From a bacterium (lineage in GTDB: Bacteria; Hinthialibacterota; Hinthialibacteria; Hinthialibacterales; Hinthialibacteraceae), in assembly GCA_041946805.1 (NCBI GenBank), contig JBHGBC010000033.1, forward strand, positions 1-43,780: 43,780 nucleotides of DNA, given 5' to 3'. The notes under the pieces are model-generated. The model ran no database searches, was not told the DNA's origin, and saw only the letters and a program-made list of their open reading frames with translations. The first letter of the stretch is position 1, and the number at the start of each line of letters is the position of its first letter. The position numbers and the translations under genes are program-made. This document shows, one piece after another, positions 30,128-40,623 of the stretch.

Positions 30128-30531
30128 CTGACTTTTTTTCAAAGAACAAACGTAGTTGGATAATGAGGCAAGTATGCAGCAAGGATACAACGCCAGAAAA
30201 AACCGTCCGTTCTTTTCTCCATCACCTTGGTTACCGTTATAGACTCCATGGTAACAAACTTCCAGGAAAACCTGACTTGGTGTTTCCATCGAGAAAAAAA
30301 GTGATTTTTGTACATGGGTGTTTCTGGCATGGCCATAATTGCAAAAGAGGGAATCGAATCCCGAAGACAAATACCGAATATTGGGTGCAAAAAATTCGGA
30401 GAAATATTTTAAGACATGAAATACAAAAAAAGCGATTGACTCAATTGGGATGGAAATATTTAGTTGTGTGGGAATGTCAGATTGCTAATAATAAAATGCT
30501 TCATGATCGGCTAATTTCTTTTCTTGAATAG
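30124..30531 (+). CDS. vsr: Very short patch repair endonuclease
   Basis: RSWIM..V.SKDTTPE, LPGKPDLV, FVHGCFWHGH.C, W..KI.RN, VVWEC. Confidence 0.95.
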   Translation: MTDFFSKNKRSWIMRQVCSKDTTPEKTVRSFLHHLGYRYRLHGNKLPGKPDLVFPSRKKVIFVHGCFWHGHNCKRGNRIPKTNTEYWVQKIRRNILRHEIQKKRLTQLGWKYLVVWECQIANNKMLHDRLISFLE

Positions 30532-30687
30532 ATCGATTGTTTCTTTTCCACTCCGATTCTGAAGACTTGATAAGGTATTAGCAAGCGCGAAGTTCCGGTC
30601 AAAGAATTCATCGTTTCGAGATACATTCATATCCTATTATAAATAAGAGAATTCCATCAGAATAAAGAGATGCATTTCACTATTACT

Positions 30688-30805
30688 GGTTCATCCGGCC
30701 AGTACGTGCTTTTTCCTGACTGCCAGATTGCGTATCTTCGAAAGGATCGTTGAAAACCAATACCCCATAATCCCCTCTCCTCCTGGGAGAGGATCAGGGT
30801 GAGGG
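30688..30805. repeat. Repeats between vsr and gmrSD (cluster H)
   Basis: GGTTCATCCGGCCAGTACGTGCTTTTT 30688-30714; BoxC-like element on the minus strand 30772-30805. Confidence 0.7.
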
Positions 30806-30913
30806 AAGCCCGGGAAGGGCGGCATTCATCATGTTTTCTGCAATTGAGTAAACAGTTACATGAAAGCACCATGCCCGCACAAGATATGGGCGCAGGCGGT
30901 TCACCGTCTCGTC

Positions 30914-32710
30914 TTAAAGCGAGATATAATAATGCCTTATTTTTCGGGCCATAAGTTGCCGGCGTTCCTTGAGAAACGCGTCATAGTTTTCATCCGGGGC
31001 ATCCAGCAACGATTCGGGCACGCAATTCATGGCGAAATTCTGCCGCAACTGCGCGAGATCCGTGATTCCACCGTACTGGGTTGGCCCGCCTTGGCATTGA
31101 TGCATGAGTTCCTGCATATAGATTCGAGGTGCTTTGCTGCCGATGGCGATGTTGATTTCCGATTGCATGTAGACATAGTTGGCAATCTGATTGTATTGCC
31201 CTTTTTTGAATCCCTGCCTTTTCAAGTAATCCCGCGGGAACACGTGATGCACATCCCCTTTGATTTCGATCAAGTCGTGGACTGTGATGTCCCGGGAAAG
31301 GAAGCCTTTGTCCTTGCTTTTCACCTGGGCCGCCAGGAATACATTGAAATAGGGACTGCTGTAAACCGAGGAGTTCAAATTCTCGACCAGCTCGACATTC
31401 CAAAAAGCATCCGATAATTCCCCTTCCTCCACCGTGGCAAGATGCTGGAAAAACTCCTCTTCGGCGATCCGCCGGATATCCAGATCGAACTGCGATTCGG
31501 GTGCGGACGAATATCTCCCCGTCAAGACCGACATGACATACCAGCGGCGCACGCCTCGCTCAATATCGGCGGATTTGTATCCTGCGGATTTCAGCTTCAG
31601 GTATACGATATAGGCGAAATTGAGTGTGTTCCGCGAGCGAATCAGGCTGGAGGATATGAAACCGGCCGATCGAATGATCATCAAAAAGCGCTTAAAATCA
31701 TATTCATTGATGAATCGCAGCACTCCCTTTTCTAGTTTGGCGAATGACTCCCGAGCGATTTCTTCTTCATAGGTTTTCGTCACAAAATTTCTGCCAGACA
31801 ACAGGCTGACCAGGTCAGAAAGGCGGCCCCGGCCAAATTCACTGGTGAAGGCGACTCGTAACATGTCTGTGTAGTCTGGATCATAGATGTCATCGGTCTC
31901 ATTTTTAAGCCAGGAGATTTTTTGAAAAAAATCGGTTTGGGCGAATTTCTGGTCCACCTCGTTGATGGTGTTATAAAACTCAGGTGCGGCCGCCATGTGA
32001 CAAAAATAATCGATGCATTTCCGTAAGGTGGAACCGCCGTACGATTCGTTCGCGGCGATCTTCGACATGGCGAAATCCGCCTGGCTGAGGACCACGCCTT
32101 GCGAATTGATGCGAATGAAGATTTCCGTCACCATTTCGATATACAAGTCGGAATTTAGCTCGATCAATCCGACTTGTTTGTTAGAAATATTCCATAGGTT
32201 TTCGATTTGCTTCGCGATATGGCGTCTATCACATCCTGGATTTTTTGTACAATATTCCTCGACATATTCAAAAATACTGAAATTTCCGGAGAAAATCACC
32301 GCAATATCGGGAATCCAAAGCGGGTCGCACGCTATCGCAGTGTTGGAAACTTCAAATTTCCCCTCAAGCGGTTGAAATGCGATCCGGATCTTTATTTTCT
32401 TGTAATCTTTATTAATGACCTGATCGCCCAGGAGGGCGGTTTTCAGGGCGGTCACTCGCTGCTGACCATCGATCAGGATCTTTTTCCCCTTCGACAGGGT
32501 TCCATCTTTCATCCGGATCGTGGGATTTTGCCAGGCAATCAAGTAACCGATGGGGAATCCCTGGTAGAGTGAATCCATCAGATCCCGTACTTTGGTGGAT
32601 TCCCAAACAAAGGGCCGTTGGATTTCCGGTATGGCGATTTCGCCCGATTTGACCCAGGCGAGCACCGTCGATATGAAATGTTGGTTTACTGTATATTTAT
32701 GATTGTCCAT
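30914..32710 (-). CDS. GmrSD-family (DUF262 + HNH) modification-dependent restriction endonuclease
   Basis: [24 protein letters not shown] (DUF262); C-terminal DVHHVFP..NQIANY HNH-like motif. Start set to ATG 32710. Confidence 0.88.
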   Translation of the reverse strand: MDNHKYTVNQHFISTVLAWVKSGEIAIPEIQRPFVWESTKVRDLMDSLYQGFPIGYLIAWQNPTIRMKDGTLSKGKKILIDGQQRVTALKTALLGDQVINKDYKKIKIRIAFQPLEGKFEVSNTAIACDPLWIPDIAVIFSGNFSIFEYVEEYCTKNPGCDRRHIAKQIENLWNISNKQVGLIELNSDLYIEMVTEIFIRINSQGVVLSQADFAMSKIAANESYGGSTLRKCIDYFCHMAAAPEFYNTINEVDQKFAQTDFFQKISWLKNETDDIYDPDYTDMLRVAFTSEFGRGRLSDLVSLLSGRNFVTKTYEEEIARESFAKLEKGVLRFINEYDFKRFLMIIRSAGFISSSLIRSRNTLNFAYIVYLKLKSAGYKSADIERGVRRWYVMSVLTGRYSSAPESQFDLDIRRIAEEEFFQHLATVEEGELSDAFWNVELVENLNSSVYSSPYFNVFLAAQVKSKDKGFLSRDITVHDLIEIKGDVHHVFPRDYLKRQGFKKGQYNQIANYVYMQSEINIAIGSKAPRIYMQELMHQCQGGPTQYGGITDLAQLRQNFAMNCVPESLLDAPDENYDAFLKERRQLMARKIRHYYISL

Positions 32711-32876
32711 TGATCCATCACTCCAGAATGACAGGCAAAGAGAAACGATTCTTTTTGAATAGTATGAACAGTCCAGTAGCCATATTTTATATTCGTGATA
32801 ATGGATTAGAAGTGATCTTATCGTCAAAAGAAAACTCAGGAAGGGAAATCGGAGCGGCGGAAAAAGAAAACCACTC

Positions 32877-33530
32877 CTACACCGCCGGGTCCAGTGGCGG
32901 GGGATTGACAATCTTCACCCGCCGCCCCTCGATCCGCAGGCGGTTGGCGGCAAAGAGCCGGATGGCCTCGGGATAGATTTCCCGCTCCGCCGCCTGAACC
33001 CGCGCCGCCAGGGTGCCGGGCGTGTCGTCGTCGTACACCTCCACGGCTTTCTGCAGGATGATCGGGCCGGTGTCGTAGCCTTCGTCCACGAAATGCACCG
33101 TCGCTCCGGTGACCTTCACCCCGGATTCCAGCACCGCCTCGTGCACGTGATGCCCGTACATCCCCTTGCCGCAAAACGCCGGGATCAGCGCGGGATGCAC
33201 GTTCATGATCCGCCCATGATATTCGGGGCTGGGCCGGAACAGGAACATGAAGCCCGCCAGCAGGATGAGGTCGGGCTTGACCTCCTCCACAGCCTGGACG
33301 ATCTCCCGGTTGAACTCGTCCCACGTGGCGTAGCCTTTCCGGTGGATGGCGCGCGCGGGGAGGTTGTGCTTGCGCGCCCGTTCGAGGCCGAAGGCCTCTT
33401 GGTGGCTGCTGATGACCAGCACGATATCGATCGGGCACTTCTCTTGTTCCTGCTGGTCGATAAGGTTCTGCAGCGTGGTTCCGCTTCCCGACAACAACAC
33501 CACGCACCGCAAGGGTTTGGTGGCCGTCAT
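32877..33530 (-). CDS. purN: Phosphoribosylglycinamide formyltransferase
   Basis: [38 protein letters not shown]. Confidence 0.95.
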   Translation of the reverse strand: MTATKPLRCVVLLSGSGTTLQNLIDQQEQEKCPIDIVLVISSHQEAFGLERARKHNLPARAIHRKGYATWDEFNREIVQAVEEVKPDLILLAGFMFLFRPSPEYHGRIMNVHPALIPAFCGKGMYGHHVHEAVLESGVKVTGATVHFVDEGYDTGPIILQKAVEVYDDDTPGTLAARVQAAEREIYPEAIRLFAANRLRIEGRRVKIVNPPPLDPAV

Positions 33531-34357
33531 GGGATTTGTTCTCCCATCCCGAAGAGTTGGTTCAAAAAGGCTTTCGACCGCCCGGCGGTCTCCCGGGGCG
33601 TTTCGCGTCCGGCGTCAAACACCACCGTGATCCAGCCGCGGTAATCGATCTCCTCCAACAGGCGCCGGATCGCCGGGAAATTCATCGTTCCCTGTCCCAG
33701 CCCGCCATAGGACGGCGGCTCATCCCCCCGCGGACGTACTTCCTCGACTTCCCGAACGGGATCGCTGAAATGCAGATGCCGGACGCATTCGCCATAAGTC
33801 TTCAATATGTCCGCGGGATCTTCCTCGCTCCTCGCAAAATGCCCCGTGTCCATACCCAGAAAAACGGCGTCCAGGTCCACCCGGTTCATGAGCCGGTCGA
33901 TTTCATCCCCATTCTCGATCCGGCTGCCCCGGCGCGGCATGACGCACAAATAGACATCATGATAATCCAGGCACCGCTTGCCGAGTTCATCCAGCGTGGC
34001 GGCCATCACCTTGAAATCCTGGGAAATCGATTCGACGACCGCCCGTGGCCCGGTCTCCACCACCAGGTGATGGGAATCCAGTTTTTGCAGAAATGCGGCC
34101 AGCGCGCTGATCCGCCGCAGAATCTCTTCCCGCCGGTCCGGATGGGTGAACTCGCCTTCCCCGGCCAGGGCGGCCAGTTTCACATTCCGCTCCTGGAGAT
34201 GCTTTCTCGCCATCTCGGTTTTGTCCGCGTACAATTCAAACAGGGCCGGCACTCCCTCGGCCCCCGCATAACCCAATCCGGCGATTTCCTCCAGGGCCTC
34301 TTCCCATCGTTCCGTTTTCCAGGCGCGCGTGTGACAAGCGAATGAATACGGCGGCAT
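33527..34357 (-). CDS. Sugar phosphate isomerase/epimerase (IolE-like TIM barrel)
   Basis: LGYAGAE, MDTGH, HLHFSD, LGQG.MNF, DYRGWITV; some metal ligands appear substituted. Confidence 0.8.
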   Translation of the reverse strand: MPPYSFACHTRAWKTERWEEALEEIAGLGYAGAEGVPALFELYADKTEMARKHLQERNVKLAALAGEGEFTHPDRREEILRRISALAAFLQKLDSHHLVVETGPRAVVESISQDFKVMAATLDELGKRCLDYHDVYLCVMPRRGSRIENGDEIDRLMNRVDLDAVFLGMDTGHFARSEEDPADILKTYGECVRHLHFSDPVREVEEVRPRGDEPPSYGGLGQGTMNFPAIRRLLEEIDYRGWITVVFDAGRETPRETAGRSKAFLNQLFGMGEQIP

Positions 34358-34368
34358 CGTGTTTTTCC

Positions 34369-35080
34369 GTCATTCCGCGGGCGGGATCGAAGATCCCTCC
34401 CGCCAGCCTTGGATTTTGGGATGGATTGTAGATGAATTGTCACTCGGTTGGAGGGGTTCTACGATTTCTTCGTCATCCGGGCATATGGCGTGCGCCTCCC
34501 CTCTCCTTATCTAGGTTGACCTGTATCCAAAAGTCTTGCCAGGATGTCATCCGCACGAAGGCGGGGATCCAGCACGGGCGGACCGTCGTGTCCGTCCAAG
34601 GTTCTGTTGAGTTTTTATGACGAAGCATTGACCGAAATGGAGTATTGTTTTTGAGTGCCAAAGGCGTGTTTAAACTAGCCCAGGGCTTCAGCCCTGGGAA
34701 GGTTGCGGCATCATCCCTCTCCCTATGGGAGCTGATCTTTTCCCATGAGGATCCTAGATGGATTGGCGCGCAGCGCGTAACCCATCAACTACTCTAAACC
34801 ACATGAGTATACGTGGATGAGTTAGCCCGAAGGATGTAATCCGTCAACCCCGCCCCCTCACTTCCCAGCTCCCTCTCCCCCCGGGAGAGGGCCGGGGGTG
34901 AGGGAAAGCCTATCATCCAGCATCCTTCTGACGGATTGCGCCCACACCCTCATTAGAGGAGTGTCCCCTTCCGAGGACGGCCATACCCCATTCCAGGATT
35001 GCAACCGCTGGCGGCGCCTCCGCCCCATGGGGGCAATCTTAGCTCAACCAGGGGCATTGGCCCGGCCCAATCCCTGGCTA
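34369..35080. repeat. Largest REP-like mosaic (cluster I)
   Basis: GTCATCCGCACGAAGGCGGGGATCCAG ~34546-34572; GCCAAAGGCG..TAGCCCAGGGCTTCAGCCCTGGG 34657-34698; partial BoxC 34715-34731; GATGGATT..TAACCCATC 34757-34786 and a variant 34815-34845; BoxC-like (minus) 34871-34904; CCAGGGG..CCCTGGCTA ~35048-35080. Confidence 0.75.
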
Positions 35081-35130
35081 ACTATGGCTAAACCCTTTTT
35101 CTAAATCCTGCTTTAATACTTCTAAAGAAC

Positions 35131-35418
35131 ATGAAAAAAGACTCCCCCCGTTCCCGGAAAAAGGCCGTGGCCTTGCGCTACCGGCCGGATGAAGATCACG
35201 CTCCCGTGGTGGTGGCCAAGGGTGCGGGGGTCCTGGCGGATAAAATCCTGGAAATCGCGGAACAGCACCGGATTCCACTCTACGAAGATCCGGATTTAGT
35301 GGAATTATTGAGCACCATCGACCGGGGACAGGTGATACCACCCCAGTTATACAAGGCCGTGGCGGAAATTCTGGTGTTCGTCTACCGGATGAATGGGAAA
35401 TTCCCGCCCAACCCGTAA
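35131..35418 (+). CDS. EscU/YscU/HrcU (FlhB C-terminal-like) short protein
   Basis: KKAVALRY...AP.VVAKG.G..A.KI.E.A..H.IP.YEDP.L...[14 protein letters not shown]. Confidence 0.9.
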   Translation: MKKDSPRSRKKAVALRYRPDEDHAPVVVAKGAGVLADKILEIAEQHRIPLYEDPDLVELLSTIDRGQVIPPQLYKAVAEILVFVYRMNGKFPPNP

Positions 35419-35727
35419 TTTCGGTTTACGAATTCCTGTGTCCGTGTTATACTCCGTTTCGAGATGAAAAATCCAAAGATTTTTTTGGATGGGCTTCCTT
35501 GACAACTCGAACCGGTTCATGGTACATGTAGCACCACGATGCGGATTGTGCTGCGATGTAGCGTGGGCCTTGCGGGTCTCGCTGCGAAACGCTTCTGGTT
35601 GCGGATTTATTATACCCGGTTTCATTTATTCTTATTTTTATTTATCCCAAAACCGGAATCAGGAGCGACCCCTGGGATCTCCGGGGCGTAGCATCCCATA
35701 TACCCAAGCAGAAAGGTGGTGAAAAGG

Positions 35728-36348
35728 ATGAAGAGACTGCAAGGATTCACGCTGATCGAGCTGTTGATCGTTGTGGCCATTATCGGGATTTTGGCGGCCA
35801 TCGCCGTGCCGAACTTTTTGAACGCACAGGTGAGAGCCAAAGTCGCGCGCGCGGAATCGGAAATCCGGAGTTTGAAGAACGCGTTGGAGTCGTTCTTTAT
35901 CGACAACAACCAGTATCCTCCGATGAACTCCGACCGTACGCTGGTCAACCGCCAGTACCGGGGTATTGATGGTGAAAAGGCGACGATTAATATCGCCCAC
36001 ATCATGATCGGAACCTCCCGGAACGCTCGCCGGTTGTACCTGACGACCCCCGTGGCCTACATCACGTCCGTTCCCTTCGATCCGTTCCGGGGCAGTGGCA
36101 CGGAATTCGGATATGGCTATGGATCGGATGGTCAGAGCTACTACATCATGACCAGCTTTGGTCCCGACAGTACGGATGGCCTGGGCTTCAAGCAGGGTGC
36201 GCTGAACGAGCTGGATTACACGGGCGCCCGTCTCAACGATCTGCGGAGGGCGGGTATCCGCAAAGGCACGTACGCATTGTCTCAACTGATGTACCAGGCT
36301 TCAAATGGTACTTCCAGCAGCGGCGACATTCTCCAAATCGGACCATGA
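35728..36348 (+). CDS. Prepilin-type N-terminal cleavage/methylation protein (GspG/type IV pilin-like)
   Basis: QG|FTLIELLIVVAIIGILAAIAVPNF class III signal; LTTPVAYITSVPFDPF and SFGPD motifs. Confidence 0.92.
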   Translation: MKRLQGFTLIELLIVVAIIGILAAIAVPNFLNAQVRAKVARAESEIRSLKNALESFFIDNNQYPPMNSDRTLVNRQYRGIDGEKATINIAHIMIGTSRNARRLYLTTPVAYITSVPFDPFRGSGTEFGYGYGSDGQSYYIMTSFGPDSTDGLGFKQGALNELDYTGARLNDLRRAGIRKGTYALSQLMYQASNGTSSSGDILQIGP

Positions 36349-36375
36349 GACCGATTGCCGGTTAGGATCATCAAG

Positions 36376-36406
36376 ATGGGGGAAACCAATTTTCCCCCAT
36401 TTTTTT
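36376..36406 (+). terminator. Rho-independent terminator after the pilin gene
   Basis: ATGGGGGAAA-CCAAT-TTTCCCCCAT stem-loop followed by a T-run. Confidence 0.75.
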
Positions 36407-36625
36407 ATCTTTTTGATATTATATAGTAAATATTTACATCTATTTGATCATTACTTGCTTCATAAAGGACCACACCTCTTTACCACCCCTCCCTCTATTC
36501 CCCGCCCGGGGGATAAAGGGGACTCACTCTCTCGCTTGGATCTACGCATTGGTCCATCCGGTCCCATCCGGCCTGGAATCCGGATGGAGAAGATCCCGGC
36601 CGCGGCTGACTTGGCCGGCCGGTCT

Positions 36626-36982
36626 TCAGTCTGGAGCAACCGGACGGAAAAAGGAATGCACCGCTGATTCTGGATCTTGGAAGACTTCGAGAATCTGATC
36701 GATGCGGGTGGCCTCGAAGGTTTGTTTCACGCGAGGCTGCAGCCGGAGAAACTTCAAATCCCCCTGGTGCTCGCGCAAATCGCGGGCGAAAGCCACGAAG
36801 ACGCCCACGGTATACGATGAAATCAATACCACGTCCTGCAGGTCCAAAACGATCTTGTAACGCTGTTGCTTGAGCAAGTCGTTCAATTCGCCGCGCAGCC
36901 ACACCGTGTTTTCAAAATCAAGATCGCCCTCCAGACGCAAAAGGGTGACATCCCCGGCGTCGTCCCTCTGCACAGGTATCAT
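36626..36982 (-). CDS. STAS domain anti-sigma factor antagonist
   Basis: LEGDLDF, KIVLDLQDVVLISSYTVG, GDLKF; ATG 36982 overlaps the upstream stop. Confidence 0.88.
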   Translation of the reverse strand: MIPVQRDDAGDVTLLRLEGDLDFENTVWLRGELNDLLKQQRYKIVLDLQDVVLISSYTVGVFVAFARDLREHQGDLKFLRLQPRVKQTFEATRIDQILEVFQDPESAVHSFFRPVAPD

Positions 36983-37593
36983 TCCTCCACTCCTTTCAGG
37001 GAAAGGCGGTCGTAGTCCAGCAGTTCGCCGGCTTCTTCCGCGGTCAAGATTCCCTTGGCTTCCAGGCTTTTGATGAGCGTCGCCAACATGCAACTGTTGG
37101 CGTAGAGGATTTCGCCGGTTTCAAAGCGGGATTTCAAGGCCGGATCCGGTGCGTCGGCCTCCCGGCTGTCTGGGAAGGAAAGTTCGCCGGAAAGAACGCC
37201 GGGGCGGGAGGGCGCCGCCGCATCCCGGACCGGAGGCGATGGTTCAGCCGCGGCGCCTTGCACGAACGCGGCCAAGGCTTCCGAGCGGGTGGAGAAAATG
37301 GTGAACAGTTCGATGACGCGGTTCTGTTTGAGGTACTGGAGGAGGCCCCGCTGGGGGCTGAGCAGTTTGATATCGCCCCGGTTGCTCCGGAATTCCTTGA
37401 GATGCGAGAGAAGGAGGCTGATGGTCTGGTTGCCCAGAAAACGGACGGACGACAGATCGAGAATGATCTTGAAACGTCCCTGTTGGACCGCCTCCAGCAG
37501 GACTTTGTCCAGTTGCTGATTGCCGCGGCTGTCCACTTCACCCTGGAGGGATAAAATCACCACATCGCCGAACGTGCGGGAGTCGATTTTCAT
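36979..37593 (-). CDS. STAS domain protein with C-terminal extension
   Basis: LQGEVDS, KIILDLSSVRFLGN, RGDIKLL, then a Pro/Ala linker and a helical tail (LATLIKSLEAKGILT). Start set to ATG 37593. Confidence 0.85.
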   Translation of the reverse strand: MKIDSRTFGDVVILSLQGEVDSRGNQQLDKVLLEAVQQGRFKIILDLSSVRFLGNQTISLLLSHLKEFRSNRGDIKLLSPQRGLLQYLKQNRVIELFTIFSTRSEALAAFVQGAAAEPSPPVRDAAAPSRPGVLSGELSFPDSREADAPDPALKSRFETGEILYANSCMLATLIKSLEAKGILTAEEAGELLDYDRLSLKGVEE

Positions 37594-37740
37594 GATTAAT
37601 CCCCGGGTGAGCCCGCCGGGGCAGGACCCGGGGCAGGACCGGATTTCCGCGCGGACCGGCTCACTCCGTTTCACTATGCTCCTTTGGCGGCCTCTCCCAG
37701 CCTGACATTCAGCAAAAGGCGAGCGGCCCGGCAGAGGGGA

Positions 37741-37938
37741 TTATTTCTCCCGGTTATCCTCGATTTTCTCTCCACGGGCGGGTTTTTCATCCTCTTCATC
37801 GATGGCCGAAATGGATTTCTTGAATTCGCGGATTCCGCTGCCCAGGGATTTACCCATTTCCGGCAACCGTTTGGCGCCGAACAACAACATCACAATAAAT
37901 AGGATGATCATGAGTTCCCAGGGTCCGATATTCCACAT
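37741..37938 (-). CDS. tatA: Twin-arginine translocase TatA/E
   Basis: IGPWELMIILFIVMLLFGAKRLPEMGKSLGSGIREFKK; RBS GAAGGAG. Confidence 0.95.
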   Translation of the reverse strand: MWNIGPWELMIILFIVMLLFGAKRLPEMGKSLGSGIREFKKSISAIDEEDEKPARGEKIEDNREK

Positions 37939-37999
37939 CGCGATATCTCCTTCAGGCGGGAGGAAATTAGGTGCAGCGACCACCTTCCCGGTGATTGGA

Positions 38000-38027
38000 A
38001 TCATACTCAGGCAGAGGCCGTAGTCAA
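38000..38027 (-). promoter_or_regulatory. Putative sigma70 promoter for tatA-STAS-STAS
   Basis: Minus strand TTGACT, 16 nt, TATGAT. Confidence 0.5.
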
Positions 38028-38139
38028 GGATTTTATCCCGAAGACAGATTGAGCCCTCGCCGTGAGACTTACAACCTATATAATAACGTGTTTAATGTTG
38101 GTGAGTGACTGTCGAGTCCCATTTTCTGAAAAATAACCC

Positions 38140-40251
38140 ATGGAATCCAGCACCCGTCCAGGTGTCCGCAGCCGGCTGTTAGGCATCGATATCGATTCTC
38201 TGACCGCGGAGGAGTTTCTTGCCCGCATCGACGCCTACGTTGCCTCCCGGACTCCCCATCAGGTCGCGTACCTGAACGCGGATTGCCTCAACCAATGTTG
38301 GTCCAACCGCGCCTACCGCGAGGTGATCGCCGCCAGCGACCTGGTCTATGCCGACGGGATGGGCGTGGTGTGGGCCTCGCGCCTCTTCGGCCATCCCCTG
38401 CCCGAACGGTTGAACGCCAACGACCTGCTGCCCCAGTTCTGCCAACGGGCCGAGGCCAAGGGACACCGCATCTTCTTGCTCGGGGGTGAAAACGGCGTGG
38501 CGGAAAAGGCCGCCCGCGACTTGAAAAGCAAATATCCCCAATTGCAGATCGCCGGCTGCCATCACGGGTATTTTCCCGAGGAGGAAACGCCGGCGATCAT
38601 CGGCCAGATCCGGGCGGCCCAGCCGGACATCCTGATCGTGGGCATGGGGGCCCCCAAGCAGGAAACGTGGATCCACCGGCATTTGCAGGAACTGGGCATC
38701 CCGGTGGCCTGGGGCGTGGGGGGACTCCTGGATTACTCGGCCAAGGGATTGAAACGGGCGCCGGTGTGGATGCGTCAGGCGGGATTCGAATGGCTGTGGC
38801 GCCTGTGCCTGGAACCGCGGCGGCTGTGGAAACGCTACCTGCTGGGCAATATCCTGTTCACCTTCCGAGTGGGATTCCTGGTCATCGCCGACATGCTGTC
38901 CGCGGCCATCGCCTGGTTCGCCGCGTACGGCATCCGCTCTTCGTACATCCCGGAGATGGAGTTTCTGCACGAGTACCTGCGCAAACCGATCAATCCGATC
39001 CACAGTTATATCCTGGCGTTGCCGATCATCATCTTCACCTGGATCGTCATCTGCGCCTCGCTGGACCTGTACCGCCGGCAATACCTGCGCACGGCCATCG
39101 ACGAGCTGGGGGCCATCGTCAAAATGTGCTTCCTGTTTCTCATCACCTCCATGGCCGTGGCCTTTTTGCTCAAGGACCTGCAACTGGGGCGGTCCGTGCT
39201 CATCCTCTCCTCCTTCCTGGCCTTCTTTTTCATGGTGATCACGCGGCTGCTGTGGGCGCGGATCGAAAAGAGCATGTTCCAGGAAGGTATCGGGCGGGTG
39301 CGCACGCTGATCGTGGGCACGGGGCAATACGCCCAACAAGCCATCGAACGGCTGTTGACGGATCCGGTGAAAAAATACGACATCCTCGGCGTGCTGGACA
39401 ATCACCACGAATCCGGCGAGAGCGTGTACGGCCAGCCGGTGCTCGACAAGGTCGACAATCTGGCCGAGTGGGCCAAAACCCTGGCCGTGGACGAGATCAT
39501 CTTCGCCGATCCCTCCCTGGAAAAGCGGCAGTTGTTGAACCTGGTCGCCTCCTGCGGCGAGCAGACGGCCGTGCGGCAGTTCAACATCATGACCGACCTC
39601 TTCGGCGTGATCACCGACCGGGCCTTTTTCAACTCCGAAGATGACATTTCCTTCAAGGTGCTGCGCCAGGGGGGGTTGTCGCCGTTCGAAAAAACCTGCA
39701 AACGGGCGCTGGACATCGTCATCGCCGCCTCCATGCTGATCGTGGCCCTGCCCTTTTTTCCCATCATCTGCTTGATGATCCGGTTCAGTTCGCCCGGCCG
39801 GACCATCTTCCGGCACACGCGCATCGGCTTGAACGGCAAGCCGTTCATCATGTACAAGTTCCGGACCATGTACAAGGACGTGAACGAATACCAGGAAGCG
39901 CCCATCCAGAAAGACGATCCGCGGGTGATTCCCATCGGGCGCTGGCTGCGCCGCACCAGCCTGGATGAGCTGCCGCAGCTGTTCAATGTCCTCAAGGGGG
40001 AGATGAGCATGGTGGGCCCGCGGCCGGAAATGCCCTTCATCGTCGATTCCTACGAGCCCTGGCAGCGGCGGCGGCTCACGGTGCTGCCGGGCATCACGGG
40101 CCTGTGGCAGATCAGCGGCCGCAAGGATCTGCCCCTCCATTCCAACCTGGAGTACGACTTCTATTACATTCAGAACCAGTCGCTGCTGTTCGATCTGATC
40201 ATCCTGCTGAAGACCATTCCCGTCGTCCTGTTTGGCAAGGGCGCGTACTGA
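38140..40251 (+). CDS. Fusion of WecB/TagA/CpsF glycosyltransferase and WcaJ/WbaP-type polyprenyl glycosylphosphotransferase
   Basis: N-term [47 protein letters not shown]; then 4 TM, a CoA-binding-like region, and [51 protein letters not shown]. Confidence 0.92.
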   Translation: MESSTRPGVRSRLLGIDIDSLTAEEFLARIDAYVASRTPHQVAYLNADCLNQCWSNRAYREVIAASDLVYADGMGVVWASRLFGHPLPERLNANDLLPQFCQRAEAKGHRIFLLGGENGVAEKAARDLKSKYPQLQIAGCHHGYFPEEETPAIIGQIRAAQPDILIVGMGAPKQETWIHRHLQELGIPVAWGVGGLLDYSAKGLKRAPVWMRQAGFEWLWRLCLEPRRLWKRYLLGNILFTFRVGFLVIADMLSAAIAWFAAYGIRSSYIPEMEFLHEYLRKPINPIHSYILALPIIIFTWIVICASLDLYRRQYLRTAIDELGAIVKMCFLFLITSMAVAFLLKDLQLGRSVLILSSFLAFFFMVITRLLWARIEKSMFQEGIGRVRTLIVGTGQYAQQAIERLLTDPVKKYDILGVLDNHHESGESVYGQPVLDKVDNLAEWAKTLAVDEIIFADPSLEKRQLLNLVASCGEQTAVRQFNIMTDLFGVITDRAFFNSEDDISFKVLRQGGLSPFEKTCKRALDIVIAASMLIVALPFFPIICLMIRFSSPGRTIFRHTRIGLNGKPFIMYKFRTMYKDVNEYQEAPIQKDDPRVIPIGRWLRRTSLDELPQLFNVLKGEMSMVGPRPEMPFIVDSYEPWQRRRLTVLPGITGLWQISGRKDLPLHSNLEYDFYYIQNQSLLFDLIILLKTIPVVLFGKGAY

Positions 40252-40328
40252 TCCCGTCTCCGGCCGATGGTAGACAAGCCTTTCTTCAAACGATAAGATG
40301 AAGCGAACTCCCCGTGCGAGGCCCGATC

Positions 40329-40589
40329 ATGGTGACCATCAACCTATCCTCCGCCGCCGGCCCCGGGACCTGGAGTTTGTTGCTGGCTGCCGGCCTATGG
40401 GTGTTTTGCATGCTGGTGGTGCTCTTTCACCGGGCGGGGATCCAAGTGCTGGGAACGGGGATCGCCTGCATCGGTTTCCTATCTCTCTTGTTTCATAACA
40501 GCCTGTTTTTGGCGTTGAGCCTGTTCGTGTTCGGGGTGGTGTTGCACGGCTGCGGGCGTTTGCTGTTTCATTTGCGGCGGCGGGACTGA
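40329..40589 (+). CDS. Small hypothetical membrane protein
   Basis: About three hydrophobic segments; lies between the glycosyltransferase and trpD on the same strand. Confidence 0.55.
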   Translation: MVTINLSSAAGPGTWSLLLAAGLWVFCMLVVLFHRAGIQVLGTGIACIGFLSLLFHNSLFLALSLFVFGVVLHGCGRLLFHLRRRD

Positions 40590-40623
40590 AGAGAAACGCG
40601 CGGGGCGGGAAGCGGAAACCATC

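Noticed and set aside
32711..32911. N-terminal extension of the GmrSD ORF
   Set aside because: Overlaps the purN 3' end and lacks DUF262 character; start placed at 32710.
35131..35418. FlhB-like ORF as a truncated flhB pseudogene
   Set aside because: Stand-alone ~90-aa FlhB C-terminal-like proteins are a known intact family.
37616..37639. CCGGGGCAGGAC x2 direct repeat upstream of the STAS gene
   Set aside because: Short GC-rich duplication not noticed elsewhere; no support for function.
8136..40140. Long antisense ORFs (8136-9758, 12369-14345, 23383-24789, 38179-40140 and others)
   Set aside because: Shadow frames of well-supported genes in GC-rich DNA, with no recognisable motifs.
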